Source: Xanthobacteraceae bacterium (GTDB taxonomy: Bacteria > Pseudomonadota > Alphaproteobacteria > Rhizobiales > Xanthobacteraceae). From it: DNA of 59,203 bases. The DNA lies in the NCBI GenBank assembly GCA_036491235.1, contig DASXCK010000472.1, forward strand, positions 1 to 59,203, written 5' to 3'. The notes beneath the pieces were generated by a model. It worked only from the letters and a program-made list of their open reading frames with translations, was not told where the DNA came from and made no database searches. Positions 1 to 8,413 of the stretch are shown piece after piece. A program made the translations under genes and the position numbers. Each line of letters opens with the position of its first letter. Within the stretch, counting starts at the first letter, position 1.

Positions 1-199
1 AGATCATCTGGATGATCATCAACAGCGGAAACACCAACGCCATGCCGGCGAGCGCGTTGGTGCCGAGTTTGGCGACGAACCAGGTCTCGATCAGCCCGAT
101 CGCGGACTGCATCACCATGACGGCGACGTTGGGCATCGCCAAGCGCATGATCGTCGGCACGATCGGCGCCTCGAGCAGCTTGCGGGTGCGCGGGTCCAT
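1..199 (-). CDS. MATE family efflux transporter, 5' end only (gene continues past the left edge)
   Basis: Absent from the ORF track because there is no stop in the window. The minus-strand ATG at 199 gives MDPRTRKLLEAPIVPTIMRLAMPNVAVMVMQSAIGLIETWFVAKLGTNALAGMALVFPLLMIIQMI, a typical MATE/NorM N-terminus. It is divergent from a MarR gene. Confidence 0.7.
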   Translation of the reverse strand, partial: MDPRTRKLLEAPIVPTIMRLAMPNVAVMVMQSAIGLIETWFVAKLGTNALAGMALVFPLLMIIQMI

Positions 200-245
200 C
201 TTCGTGTCCCTAGCCTATGCTTCGCCTTGACGAGGTCGGATAATA

Positions 246-283
246 GGTGCATATGCACGTAACAGCAAGGGTGCATATGCACG
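246..283. promoter_or_regulatory. Twin 14-bp direct repeats GGTGCATATGCACG, each containing the perfect palindrome GTGCATATGCAC; putative MarR operator
   Basis: Copies at 246-259 and 270-283 (24-bp register) lie in the roughly 100-bp gap between the divergent MATE and MarR genes. Confidence 0.5.
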
Positions 284-300
284 CTTTGCGAATGAGGACC

Positions 301-783
301 ATGCAGAAAGGCATGCTGCGGAAAGACATGCAGAGCGATACCCGCAAGGCGCGGCCGGCACGCCACGCGATCGAACCGGCGATCTGCAATTGCCTGGCGC
401 TACGCCAGGCGGCGCGACACGTCAGCGCGCTCTACGACCGCCATCTCGCGCCGGAGGGCATCACCACGGCGCAATACTCGATCCTCGCAAAGCTCAAGCG
501 GCTTGGGCCGCAGCCCATCGGCGCGCTCGCAGCCATGATGGTGATGGACCGCACCACCACGACGCGCGCGGTGCGCCCGCTCGCGCGCGACAGGCTGGTT
601 ACGATCTCGCCCGGCGCGGACGAGCGCACCCGCCTGGTGAGCATCACGCCGGTGGGCGAGAAGCGCACCAAGGCCGCCGCGGCGCGCTGGCGCGAGGCGC
701 AGAAGGATTTTGAGACCGGCTATGGTGCGGAGGCGGCGGAACGGCTGCGCCGCGACCTCGCCGAGGTAGTGGGGGCGACTTAG
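301..783 (+). CDS. MarR family transcriptional regulator
   Basis: ORF 247..783 has the winged-helix core TTAQYSILAKLKRLGPQPIGALAAMMVMDRTTTTRAVRPLARDRLVTISPGADERTRLVSITPVGEK. The GTG at 247 lies inside the palindrome, so ATG 301 (or 313/328) is the more plausible start. Confidence 0.85.
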   Translation: MQKGMLRKDMQSDTRKARPARHAIEPAICNCLALRQAARHVSALYDRHLAPEGITTAQYSILAKLKRLGPQPIGALAAMMVMDRTTTTRAVRPLARDRLVTISPGADERTRLVSITPVGEKRTKAAAARWREAQKDFETGYGAEAAERLRRDLAEVVGAT

Positions 784-785
784 CG

Positions 786-1159
786 CCTGGACATTGATCT
801 CGATGCCGAGAGCGACCTCCGAGGCCGGCTGACCAGCACGGATGCCCGGTTCTCGCATGGGACCTCGATCAACGCGATCTTGATATCGAGTGCCGGCACG
901 CCGAGCGCGCCAAATTGCGCACAATCCTACCAAAGAGCGCGCGCTTGGCCGCGAGCGAGCGGGCGGAGAAAAGCGTGATCTCGATCAACGCATAACGCGG
1001 CCCGCGTCCGGGCGGGACCGAGAAATGGCTCGCCGAATGCTCGATCGGACGCAGCGTGCGGTCCCGTTCGGGCAACCGAAGCGCCCCGCGCAATGCGGCC
1101 TGCACGGCCCCCTGAGCTTGCCGTACGGCGGGGCGGATTGCTATGCCGCTAAACGTCAT
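786..1159 (-). pseudogene. Tautomerase-family (4-OT superfamily, about 125 aa type) gene disrupted by two frameshifts
   Basis: Homology runs through three minus-strand frames. First is AVQAALRGALRLPERDRTLRPIEH...RYALIEITLFSARSLAAKRALFGRIVRNLA (ORF 869..1306 frame), then LGVPALDIKIALIEVP, then REPGIRAGQPASEVALGIEINV (ORF 400..933 frame). There is no timely stop, and its only ATG (1159) lies in a REP arm. Confidence 0.45.
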
Positions 1160-1311
1160 TGCGAGCGAAGCGAAGCAATTTCGCTTCCCTCGGTTCTGCG
1201 CGTGCGGATCGGGATTGCTTCGTCGCACGCAGGTCGGGCCTGCCCGACCTGCGCATGCACGAGTGCCGATCTCGGGTAAACCCAAATCCGGTCGCGCTCC
1301 TCGCAATGACG
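1154..1311. repeat. REP-A copy 1 (palindromic intergenic element)
   Basis: Perfect 12-bp terminal inverted repeat CGTCATTGCGAG (1154-1165) / CTCGCAATGACG (1300-1311). Internal GAAGCAAT...GGATTGCTTCGTCGC motif is shared with the copies at 4340, 17962 and 32541. Confidence 0.8.
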
Positions 1312-1327
1312 ACGGAGGAAGATCGCC

Positions 1328-1873
1328 ATGGCGCGCATTTCATTAGTCGAGGAGACGGATCATCCCGAGATCGCGTCGCTGATCGACAAGATCAAGGCGG
1401 GGCGGCGCGGCGGGCTGCTCAACGTCTACAAGCTGCTGCTGCACGCGCCGGCGCTCGCCGAGACCTGGCTCGACCATGTCGGCGCGGTGCGCTGGAAGAC
1501 GAGCCTCACCGGCCGGCTGCGCGAGCTCCTGGTGATCCGCATCGCATACGTGAACGGCATCGACTACGTGCTCAACCAGCATGTGCCGGGCCTCGCGGTC
1601 GCGGAAGGCGTCAGCGTCGCGGAATGCGACGCGCTCAGGGACTGGCGAAAGGCGGGCACGTTCAGCGCCGCCGAGCACGCCGCCCTCGCTTATGCGGATG
1701 CGATGGTGCTGCAGACGTCAGTGCCCGACGACGTCTTCGCTGATCTGCAGCGCCACTACGACGAGCGCGCGATCGTCGAGATCTCCGTACTGATCGGAAC
1801 GTATTTGATGCACAACCGCGTCATGAAGGCGCTGGCGATCGACCTCGAGGCTGACGAGCAGCGCGGGCGATGA
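1328..1873 (+). CDS. Carboxymuconolactone decarboxylase (AhpD-like) family protein
   Basis: ORF 1328..1873, 181 aa. The AhpD/CMD-like helical pattern includes RELLVIRIAYVNGIDYVLNQHVPGLAVAEGVSVAECDALRDWRKAGTFSAAEHAALAYADAM. Confidence 0.8.
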   Translation: MARISLVEETDHPEIASLIDKIKAGRRGGLLNVYKLLLHAPALAETWLDHVGAVRWKTSLTGRLRELLVIRIAYVNGIDYVLNQHVPGLAVAEGVSVAECDALRDWRKAGTFSAAEHAALAYADAMVLQTSVPDDVFADLQRHYDERAIVEISVLIGTYLMHNRVMKALAIDLEADEQRGR

Positions 1874-1890
1874 TGGTGCGACATCACTGC

Positions 1891-1972
1891 CGTCATGGCC
1901 GGGCTTGTCCCGGCCATCCACGCCTTTATGGTCCGGCGCAAGTCGTGGATGCCCGGGACAAGCCCGGGCATG
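1891..1972. repeat. REP-B copy 1 (double-hairpin element)
   Basis: Hairpins ATGGCCGGG-CTTGT-CCCGGCCAT (1895-1917) and ATGCCCGGG-ACAAG-CCCGGGCAT are joined by CCACGCC...CGTGG. A second copy lies at 52271-52354. Confidence 0.8.
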
Positions 1973-1994
1973 GCATGTTTCCTTGGAGATCCTG

Positions 1995-2960
1995 ATGTCT
2001 CGCCTTGCACTTGCCTTCCTCGCGCTGTGCCTCGCCACCGGCGGCGCATACGCGCAATCGGACTGGCCGACGAAGCCGGTGCGCTTCGTCATTCCGTTTC
2101 CGGCCGGCAGCTTCGCGGACATCACGATGCGCATTATCCAGAAAAAGCTCGGGCCGCGGCTCGGCCAGGCGATCGTGATCGACAACCGCTCGGGCGCGAG
2201 CGGCGACATCGGCAGCGAGGTATTGGCCCGCTCGTCGGCGGACGGCTACTTCTTCGGCGTCGCGACCAATTCGACGCACGGTGTCTCGCCGGCGCTCGAC
2301 CCGAAGCTGCCCTACGACCCGATCAAGAATTTCACTATGGTGTCGCTCATCGGCGAAGCGCCCTATGTGCTGATCACGTCGCCGAATCTCCCGGTGAAGT
2401 CGGTGAAGGACCTGATCGCGCTCGCCAAGAGCAAGCCGGGCGGCGTGAGCTACGCCTCGGTCGGCCCGGCGAGCCTCGCGCATCTCGCGGGCGCGCTGTT
2501 CTCGCAGATGGCCGACGTCAAGCTCACCGAGGTGCCGTATCGCACTTCGGCGCAGTCGGTGCTCGACACCCAGAGCGGCCGCATCGACATGCAGTTCGGC
2601 ACCATGGCGCCGGTGCTGCCGCACATCCTCTCCGGCAAGGTCAAAGCGCTGGCGGTGACGAGCCTCAAGCGGGCAGCCGTGCTGCCGGACGTGCCGACGC
2701 TCGTCGAATCGGGGCTGCCCGGCTTCGAGGCGTCGCTCTGGCTCGCGGTGGTCGCCCCCGCCAACGTGCCGCCCGCGATCGTCGAGAAGATGAACCGCGA
2801 GCTCAAGGCGGTGCTGGCCGATCCCGAGGTGGTCGAGGCGCTGAAGCGCCAGGGCATCACGGCGCTGTCGAGCACGCCAGAGGAATTGCGCGCGCGCATC
2901 GAGAACGACATCGTCAAGTGGAAAAAGCTGGCGCACGACGTCGGGATCACGATGCAGTAG
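1995..2960 (+). CDS. Tripartite tricarboxylate transporter substrate-binding protein (TctC/Bug family)
   Basis: Internal ATG of ORF 1905..2960, preceded by GGAG. Signal peptide MSRLALAFLALCLATGGAYAQ, then the family hallmark DWPTKPVRFVIPFPAGSFADI...IDNRSGASG. Confidence 0.9.
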   Translation: MSRLALAFLALCLATGGAYAQSDWPTKPVRFVIPFPAGSFADITMRIIQKKLGPRLGQAIVIDNRSGASGDIGSEVLARSSADGYFFGVATNSTHGVSPALDPKLPYDPIKNFTMVSLIGEAPYVLITSPNLPVKSVKDLIALAKSKPGGVSYASVGPASLAHLAGALFSQMADVKLTEVPYRTSAQSVLDTQSGRIDMQFGTMAPVLPHILSGKVKALAVTSLKRAAVLPDVPTLVESGLPGFEASLWLAVVAPANVPPAIVEKMNRELKAVLADPEVVEALKRQGITALSSTPEELRARIENDIVKWKKLAHDVGITMQ

Positions 2961-2987
2961 GCCGCGTGCCCCGGATGCACGCGTGCA

Positions 2988-4073
2988 TCAGGCCATCGCC
3001 TTCCACAAATTGAGGCATAGCCGCTCGATATCGCTGAGCGCATTCTCGCGCGCCGCGACGGCGGTGTGCGGCATCAGGATCACGTTCGGCTGGCCGCGGA
3101 ACTTCAGCAGCGGATCGTCGGGCCGCGCCGGCTCGTCGTAACCGACGTCGAGCGCAAGGCCGCTGAGGCGGCCCGCCGCGAGCGCCGCGACGAGCGCATC
3201 GCGGTCGATCAGTTCGGCGCGCGCACAGTTGATGAGGAAGGCGCCAGGCTTCACACGTGACAACGCCTCAGCGCCGATGATGCCGTGGGTCGTCGCGTTG
3301 AGCGGCAGCTGCACCACGATGTAGTCCGATTGCGCCATGAGCTCGGTGAGCGGCACATGGCGCGCCCCCAGCACCTGCTCGTCGGCGGGAGCGAGCGGGC
3401 GGCGCTGGTGATAGAGCGTCGTCATGCCGAAAGGCACAGCGCGGCGGGCGATCTCGCGGCCGACCTCGCCCAAGCCGACGATGCCGAGCGTCGCCCCGTG
3501 AAGTGTCTTGAGACCCGCGACGCGGGCAAAATTCGAATAGCCGATGTAGCCGGGCGCACGCGGCCGAATATGATACCCGGCGGCCTCGAGGTCGCCGCGC
3601 TCGACCAGCCCGTCGAGCGCGCTGATACGCTTGCCCAGCGCCAGCATCAGCGCAAAGCACTGCTCGGCAACCGCGACATTGACGTGGCGGTGGAGGTACG
3701 CGACCGCGACGCCGCGTTCGGCGCAGGCGGCCGTGTCGATGTTGGTGCCGATGGTACCGAACTTCTGCACAATCTTGAGCCGTCGCGAGGCGGCCGCCAG
3801 CGTGGCGCGATCGACCACGAAACTTTCCACGATCGCGGCATCGGCCTCCGGCAGCTTGGCGAGGAAGTCGGCCTGGTCCCTCGCCCACACGATGCGCGCC
3901 GGATAGAGATCGCCGACGCGGGCACGCAATCGGTCACACCAGGCGAGGAAGTCGGGAACGTCGTGGGAGAAGAAATCGGCGACGGCGTCGCGGTGCGCCG
4001 ACGGAATGTGCGGATCGAGGACGACCGGGACGATCTTGAGGAAGTGGTCTTCCTCGATGAGGACGGTGGGCAT
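2988..4073 (-). CDS. D-isomer-specific 2-hydroxyacid dehydrogenase family, NAD-binding
   Basis: ORF 2988..4121 trimmed to MPTVLIEED. Rossmann motif GIVGLGEVGREIARR and catalytic region LINCARAELIDRDALVAALAAGRLSGLALDV...MPHTA. Confidence 0.85.
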   Translation of the reverse strand: MPTVLIEEDHFLKIVPVVLDPHIPSAHRDAVADFFSHDVPDFLAWCDRLRARVGDLYPARIVWARDQADFLAKLPEADAAIVESFVVDRATLAAASRRLKIVQKFGTIGTNIDTAACAERGVAVAYLHRHVNVAVAEQCFALMLALGKRISALDGLVERGDLEAAGYHIRPRAPGYIGYSNFARVAGLKTLHGATLGIVGLGEVGREIARRAVPFGMTTLYHQRRPLAPADEQVLGARHVPLTELMAQSDYIVVQLPLNATTHGIIGAEALSRVKPGAFLINCARAELIDRDALVAALAAGRLSGLALDVGYDEPARPDDPLLKFRGQPNVILMPHTAVAARENALSDIERLCLNLWKAMA

Positions 4074-4194
4074 GGGCTGGGTGATTCGCCCGTCTCCGCC
4101 CTGCGGGCTTCGACGCGGCATCCTTCGTTGCTTCTTCGCTACGGGTATCTGGGAGTTGGCTTGCCGAGCCTTAGCTTGCGAAGCAAGCGCAGGA

Positions 4195-4269
4195 TGGTGG
4201 GCGCGACAGGGATCGAACCTGTGACCCCTACCATGTCAAGGTAGTGCTCTCCCGCTGAGCTACGCGCCC
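4195..4269 (-). tRNA. tRNA-Val (anticodon GAC)
   Basis: Minus-strand GGGCGCGTAGCTCAGCGGGAGAGCACTACCTTGACATGGTAGGGGTCACAGGTTCGATCCCTGTCGCGCCCACCA. Folds as a 7/4/5/5-bp cloverleaf with anticodon loop TTGACAT, a GGTTCGATCC T-arm and an encoded CCA. Confidence 0.95.
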
Positions 4270-4339
4270 GAATGCCTTGAAGGGGTGAGCGTTCGTATAT
4301 CGGCTTGAAGGGTTGCGGGCAAGCGGGCTGAAAAGCCCT

Positions 4340-4425
4340 TCATCGCCAGCGAAGCGAAGCAACTTCGTCGGGCAGGCCCCGGGGCGCGGGATTGCTTCGG
4401 GGCCTGTCGGCCGCCTCACGATGAC
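4340..4425. repeat. REP-A copy 2 (degenerate)
   Basis: TCATCGCCAGCGAAGCGAAGCAAC...GGGATTGCTTCGG...CCTCACGATGAC, between the tRNA-Val and the cpdR stop. Confidence 0.7.
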
Positions 4426-4430
4426 CCATC

Positions 4431-4790
4431 TCAGGCCGCCAGGACCTTTTGCACCTCGGTAACGAGTTCGCGCAGATGGAACGGCTTGGAAAGGACCTTG
4501 GCGTGCTTGGGCGCCGCCGAATCGGGGTTGAGCGCGACCGCCGCAAAACCGGTGATGAACATGATCTTGATGTCAGGATCAAGCTCGGCGGCGCGGCGGG
4601 CAAGCTCGATGCCGTCCATCTCGGGCATCACGATGTCGGTGAGCAACAGCTCGAAGGGCTCCTCGCGCAGGCGCTGGTAGGCGGACAGGCCGTTGTCGTA
4701 CGAGATCACCTCGTAGCCGGCCTGCTGCAGCGCCTTCACCAGGAAGCGGCGCATGTCGGTGTCGTCTTCGGCGAGAAGAATCTTGGTCAT
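4431..4790 (-). CDS. cpdR: Single-domain response regulator CpdR
   Basis: ORF 4431..4814 trimmed to MTKILLAEDDTDMRRFLVKALQQAGYEV...LLLTDIVMPEMDGIELARRAAELDPDIKIMFITGFAAVALNPDS...SKPFHLRELV. From memory this is near-identical in pattern to Caulobacter/rhizobial CpdR. Confidence 0.85.
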   Translation of the reverse strand: MTKILLAEDDTDMRRFLVKALQQAGYEVISYDNGLSAYQRLREEPFELLLTDIVMPEMDGIELARRAAELDPDIKIMFITGFAAVALNPDSAAPKHAKVLSKPFHLRELVTEVQKVLAA

Positions 4791-4988
4791 TGGCTCAAGC
4801 ATCGCCCGCTGCACTGGTGACGGGTATCCCCGCCCCTCGTTCCCCGTGTCTGATATCGACTAATCCGGGAGTCCGGTAAAGATGGGGTGAACTTCGATCC
4901 CGCCGCATCCCGTGCGGCCAATATACACCTGCGAATGTGCTTGGCATGAAGGCTCTGGACATGGAGAATGGCATGGACAACGACCGTC

Positions 4989-5004
4989 TTAAGGGGTTGT
5001 AAAC
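4989..5004. promoter_or_regulatory. CtrA-box-like motif TTAA-N7-TAAAC
   Basis: TTAAGGGGTTGTAAAC lies in the 310-bp divergent gap, 200 bp upstream of cpdR and 97 bp upstream of the FGase-family gene. The consensus is TTAA-N7-TTAAC, so there is one mismatch. Confidence 0.3.
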
Positions 5005-5100
5005 AAGGATATGACCGGGACCCGATGACCGCAACGCGGGTCGCCATGGACCCCGACTTGGCGATCGACCGCCGCACCCGAACGTGAACACCCACCGCAA

Positions 5101-5988
5101 ATGACCGACATCCGCGACGAACTCGAGCCGCCGTTCGAAATTCTGGAGCCCGACGACTGGCGAGGAGCGCTGGTCTTCAACTCGCCGCACAGCGGTTGCG
5201 TCTACCCACCGGCCTTCCTCGCCGCCGCCCGCCTCGAGATCACCCAGCTGCGTCGCTCGGAGGACAGCTTCGTCGACGAGCTCTTTGCCGGCGTTGTTCC
5301 GCTCGGCTTCCCGCTGATGCGGGCGCATTTTCCGCGCTGCTACATCGACGTGAACCGCGAGCCCTACGAACTCGACCCGCGCATGTTCGACGGGCGGTTG
5401 CCCTCCTTCGCCAATACGCGCTCGATGCGGGTCGCGGGCGGGCTCGGCACGGTGGCACGCGTGGTCGGGGACGCGCAGGAAATCTACGACCAGCGCATTC
5501 CGGTCGACGATGCGCTCGGCCGCATCGAGGGGCTGTACAAGCCCTATCACCGTGCGCTGCGCCGCCTGGTCACCAAGGTGCATCGCGATTTCGGGGCCGC
5601 CATCCTGGTCGATTGCCATTCGATGCCGTCGATAGCCGGGAACCGCGATGAGCGGCCGCGCGCCGACGTCGTGCTGGGCGACCGCTACGGCACGAGCTGC
5701 GTCGCGGTGGTCGCCGACACGGTCGAGGCCGCACTGCAGCAGGCGGGCTACTCGGTCAGCCGGAACAAGCCCTATGCGGGTGGCTTCATCACCGAGCACT
5801 ACGGGAACCCACCTGCCGGGCTGCATGCAATCCAGCTCGAGATCAACCGCGCGCTCTATATGGACGAGCGCAAATACGCGCCAATCGGCTCGTTCCGCCA
5901 GCTCGCCACCGACCTGGAAACTCTCGCCGACCAGCTTGCCGCGATCCCGCTGGAGGAGTTGCGCCCCTACCGGGCCGCCGCGGAATGA
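5101..5988 (+). CDS. N-formylglutamate amidohydrolase (FGase) family protein
   Basis: ORF 5101..5988, 295 aa. Family motifs FNSPHSG, IDVNREPYELDP and ILVDCHSMPS. Confidence 0.85.
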   Translation: MTDIRDELEPPFEILEPDDWRGALVFNSPHSGCVYPPAFLAAARLEITQLRRSEDSFVDELFAGVVPLGFPLMRAHFPRCYIDVNREPYELDPRMFDGRLPSFANTRSMRVAGGLGTVARVVGDAQEIYDQRIPVDDALGRIEGLYKPYHRALRRLVTKVHRDFGAAILVDCHSMPSIAGNRDERPRADVVLGDRYGTSCVAVVADTVEAALQQAGYSVSRNKPYAGGFITEHYGNPPAGLHAIQLEINRALYMDERKYAPIGSFRQLATDLETLADQLAAIPLEELRPYRAAAE

Positions 5989-6077
5989 TCCCTGCGGGCC
6001 GCTGCGCCTGACGTAGCGGCCAAGCGTCATCGGGCGTCGCGAAGCTTGGTGGGCAAGCCGCCCAACACCGCGCCACC

Positions 6078-6108
6078 AAAAAAAGGGCCGCTAGCGTACT
6101 AGCGGCCC
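6078..6108 (-). terminator. Rho-independent terminator oriented for the minus strand
   Basis: GGGCCGCTAG-TACG-CTAGCGGCCC (10-bp stem, 6085-6108) is followed on the minus strand by T7 (6078-6084). No minus-strand protein gene lies upstream of it. Confidence 0.75.
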
Positions 6109-6170
6109 AAGTCTAGGGAGGAAACGCCCAAGGAGGGCGGCAGCAACACGATCTCTCGCGTCGCTGCACC
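6078..6170 (-). ncRNA. Candidate trans-acting sRNA (about 90 nt) with two CCUCC anti-SD motifs; alpha-r8/MmgR-like
   Basis: Minus-strand TTGCAT-N16-TATCTT (6203-6198 / 6181-6176). Then a 5' hairpin GCAGC...GCUGC, unpaired CCCUCCUU (6130-6137) and UUUCCUCCCU (6115-6124), then the terminator. It sits in a 472-bp gap between two plus-strand genes. Confidence 0.45.
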
Positions 6171-6460
6171 GCAATAAGATACACCGCGACGCACAAAATG
6201 CAACAGGTCTTCCCCAGAAAATCTTGATACTTTGGTATACCAAGATAGTCCAATAGTTCCCATGCCTTATGTATCCTTTCGAAGGGCCGCCGGGAGCGAG
6301 ATGGTTGCGAATGTAGCTATCGGCCGTTAACGCTGCGAGTGTGGGTTCCCGACGCACAGATCTCACCCCATCGGCGTGACCAGCCTCAAAGTTTCGAGGC
6401 GGGCTTTTGCCCCAACATGCGCTATAGGATGGCGGCGCGCAGCGGGGGCAGCACCGGCAC

Positions 6461-7243
6461 ATGACGGCAGTCGATCTCAAGGCCTTTCTCGACAGACTGG
6501 CGACGGTTTCGGGCGAGGTGATTCTGCCCTACTTTCGCACGTCGCTGAGCGTCGAGGACAAGAGCCGCGGCTCCGCCTTCGACCCCGTCACGGCGGCCGA
6601 CCGCGCCGCCGAGCAGGCGATGCGCGCGCTCATCGGCCAGCAGTTCCCGGGGCACGGCATCATTGGCGAGGAGTTCGGCGCCGACCGGCCGGACGCCGAC
6701 TATGTCTGGTACCTCGACCCGATCGACGGAACGAAATCCTTCATCTCCGGTATGCCGGCGTGGGGCACGCTGATCGCGCTGACCCATAGCGGTGCGCCGG
6801 TCCTCGGCATGATGCACCAGCCGTTCATCCGCGAGCGATTCTCAGGCGACGGCGTAAGCGCGCGCTACGAGGGGCCGGCGGGCACGCGCAAGCTGATGAC
6901 GCGCGCCTGCGCGCACCTCGCCGAGGCGATGCTTTACACGACGACGCCGCTGCTGATGAACGAAGCCGACCGCGCGCGCTTCGTTGCGGTGGAGAAAAGC
7001 GTGCGCCTCTCGCGCTACGGCGGCGACTGCTACGCCTACTGCATGCTGGCGGCCGGCCACCTCGACCTCCTGATCGAGACCGAGCTCAAGCCGCACGACG
7101 TGATCCCGCTCATCCCGATCATCACGGGCGCGGGCGGCGTCATCACCACCTGGGAAGGCGAGCCGCCGACCAATGGCGGCCGCGTGATCGTCGCCGGCGA
7201 CCGCCGCGTGCACGAGCAGGCGATGAAGGCATTGCAGGGTTGA
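6461..7243 (+). CDS. hisN: Inositol monophosphatase family protein, likely histidinol-phosphatase
   Basis: ORF 6461..7243, 260 aa. Motifs FDPVTAADRAAEQAMRALI, GHGIIGEEFG, WYLDPIDGTKSFISGMPAWGTLIAL and GGDCYAY. Confidence 0.75.
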   Translation: MTAVDLKAFLDRLATVSGEVILPYFRTSLSVEDKSRGSAFDPVTAADRAAEQAMRALIGQQFPGHGIIGEEFGADRPDADYVWYLDPIDGTKSFISGMPAWGTLIALTHSGAPVLGMMHQPFIRERFSGDGVSARYEGPAGTRKLMTRACAHLAEAMLYTTTPLLMNEADRARFVAVEKSVRLSRYGGDCYAYCMLAAGHLDLLIETELKPHDVIPLIPIITGAGGVITTWEGEPPTNGGRVIVAGDRRVHEQAMKALQG

Positions 7244-7277
7244 CGCGCTTCGCCCTCCCCTGCACGGGAGGGTGAAC

Positions 7278-8240
7278 TCAATCCGCCGCGAGCTTCCCGA
7301 ACAGCGGCGTGCCCGGAACGAACGCGTCGAACGCAGCCCAGAATTGATTGCGGTACTGGTCCTGCTCCATCAGGATCTCGTGCTCCGCACCCGGGATGAC
7401 GACGTGCGAGCCGGCCCGCAGATGGATCGCGAAGGACTCGATCGCGGCCGTCGAGACGAGGCGATCGCCGCCGGCGGCGACGATCAGGATGGGCTGACGG
7501 ATGCGCATCGCGTAGGCAGGCGAGCGCATCTGCGCCATCGTGCGAAAGGCGGCATCGGCCCAGCTGACGGTGGGTGAGCCGAGGCCGAGCGCAGGCTCGG
7601 TCTCGAGCACCGCGGCAGCGCGGGCATAGCGCACCGGATCGCTGGTCAGCGGATTGCCCAGAAAGGGCCGTGTCTGCAGCACGGCCGGGCCGCCACCCGG
7701 CACATAGCCGCCGCCGCGGCCCGCGAAGCGCACGATGCGCGCAAGCCCGGGCGCCATCCCGAACATACGGCGCTCCGCGAGACGGAGCAGCGGCGCGGTG
7801 AGCACCATGCGGTCGAACCAGCGATGTCCCTTGGCGGCGGCCTGGATCAAGGCCGCGGCCCCAGTCGAGTGGGCAAGTGCGAACAGCGGCGGCGGGCAGT
7901 CGGGCAGCACCACCTCCTTCATGAAGGTCTCGAGATCGATGGCGTACTCGGCAAAGCTGCCAACGTGACCTTTGCGCGGATCCTTGAGCGCGCGCTGCGA
8001 CAGCCCCTGCCCGCGCCAGTCGAGGGTCGCGACGGCAAAGCCGCGCGCGCGCAGATCGCGTATCACCTCGAAATATTTCTCGATGAACTCGGCGCGTCCC
8101 TGGAAGACGCACACCGTGCCCTTGCGGCCGGGCGGCGGCGCCCAGCGTGCATAGCGCAGGAGCACGCCGTCAGGCGTCTCCAGCATCGCAGATGCCGCGT
8201 CCTCGGGCACCGGGTTGGCAGGGATGGAGATCAGTCGCAT
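7278..8240 (-). CDS. Alpha/beta hydrolase (lysophospholipase-like)
   Basis: ORF 7278..8240, 320 aa. [39 protein letters not shown], a nucleophile-elbow-like AHSTGAA, and a late GAEHEIL. Confidence 0.8.
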   Translation of the reverse strand: MRLISIPANPVPEDAASAMLETPDGVLLRYARWAPPPGRKGTVCVFQGRAEFIEKYFEVIRDLRARGFAVATLDWRGQGLSQRALKDPRKGHVGSFAEYAIDLETFMKEVVLPDCPPPLFALAHSTGAAALIQAAAKGHRWFDRMVLTAPLLRLAERRMFGMAPGLARIVRFAGRGGGYVPGGGPAVLQTRPFLGNPLTSDPVRYARAAAVLETEPALGLGSPTVSWADAAFRTMAQMRSPAYAMRIRQPILIVAAGGDRLVSTAAIESFAIHLRAGSHVVIPGAEHEILMEQDQYRNQFWAAFDAFVPGTPLFGKLAAD

Positions 8241-8413
8241 GGAAGAAAGGCAGCCGACTCGCGGTTCGTTCGCGTTATAGCAGCCGCCCGCCGCTCCCGC
8301 TCAACAAGACAACGCGTGGCGCCGGGGGCGGAACCACGTTCCCCCATTAACCTGTTGTTTACATTAAGGGAAACGGCGACTGCCACGAAAGCGCGAATGC
8401 GCTGTCCCGGCCC

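Noticed and set aside
6329-6349. GGAAC...CGTT on the minus strand, resembling an EcfG promoter upstream of the sRNA candidate.
   Set aside because: The spacer is only 12 nt, whereas the consensus needs 16-17. It is therefore not a credible EcfG promoter.
6091-6480. A 129-aa minus-strand ORF, and a 54-aa alternative, in the FGase/hisN gap.
   Set aside because: There is no RBS, the composition is odd, and the ORF reads through the terminator hairpin. The region is better explained as a promoter-sRNA-terminator unit.
7249-7272. Hairpin CCCTCCC-CTGCAC-GGGAGGG between the convergent hisN and hydrolase genes, considered as a bidirectional terminator.
   Set aside because: There is no U-tract on either strand and the stem is only 7 bp. 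It may be a REP-E fragment, and it is too weak to call.
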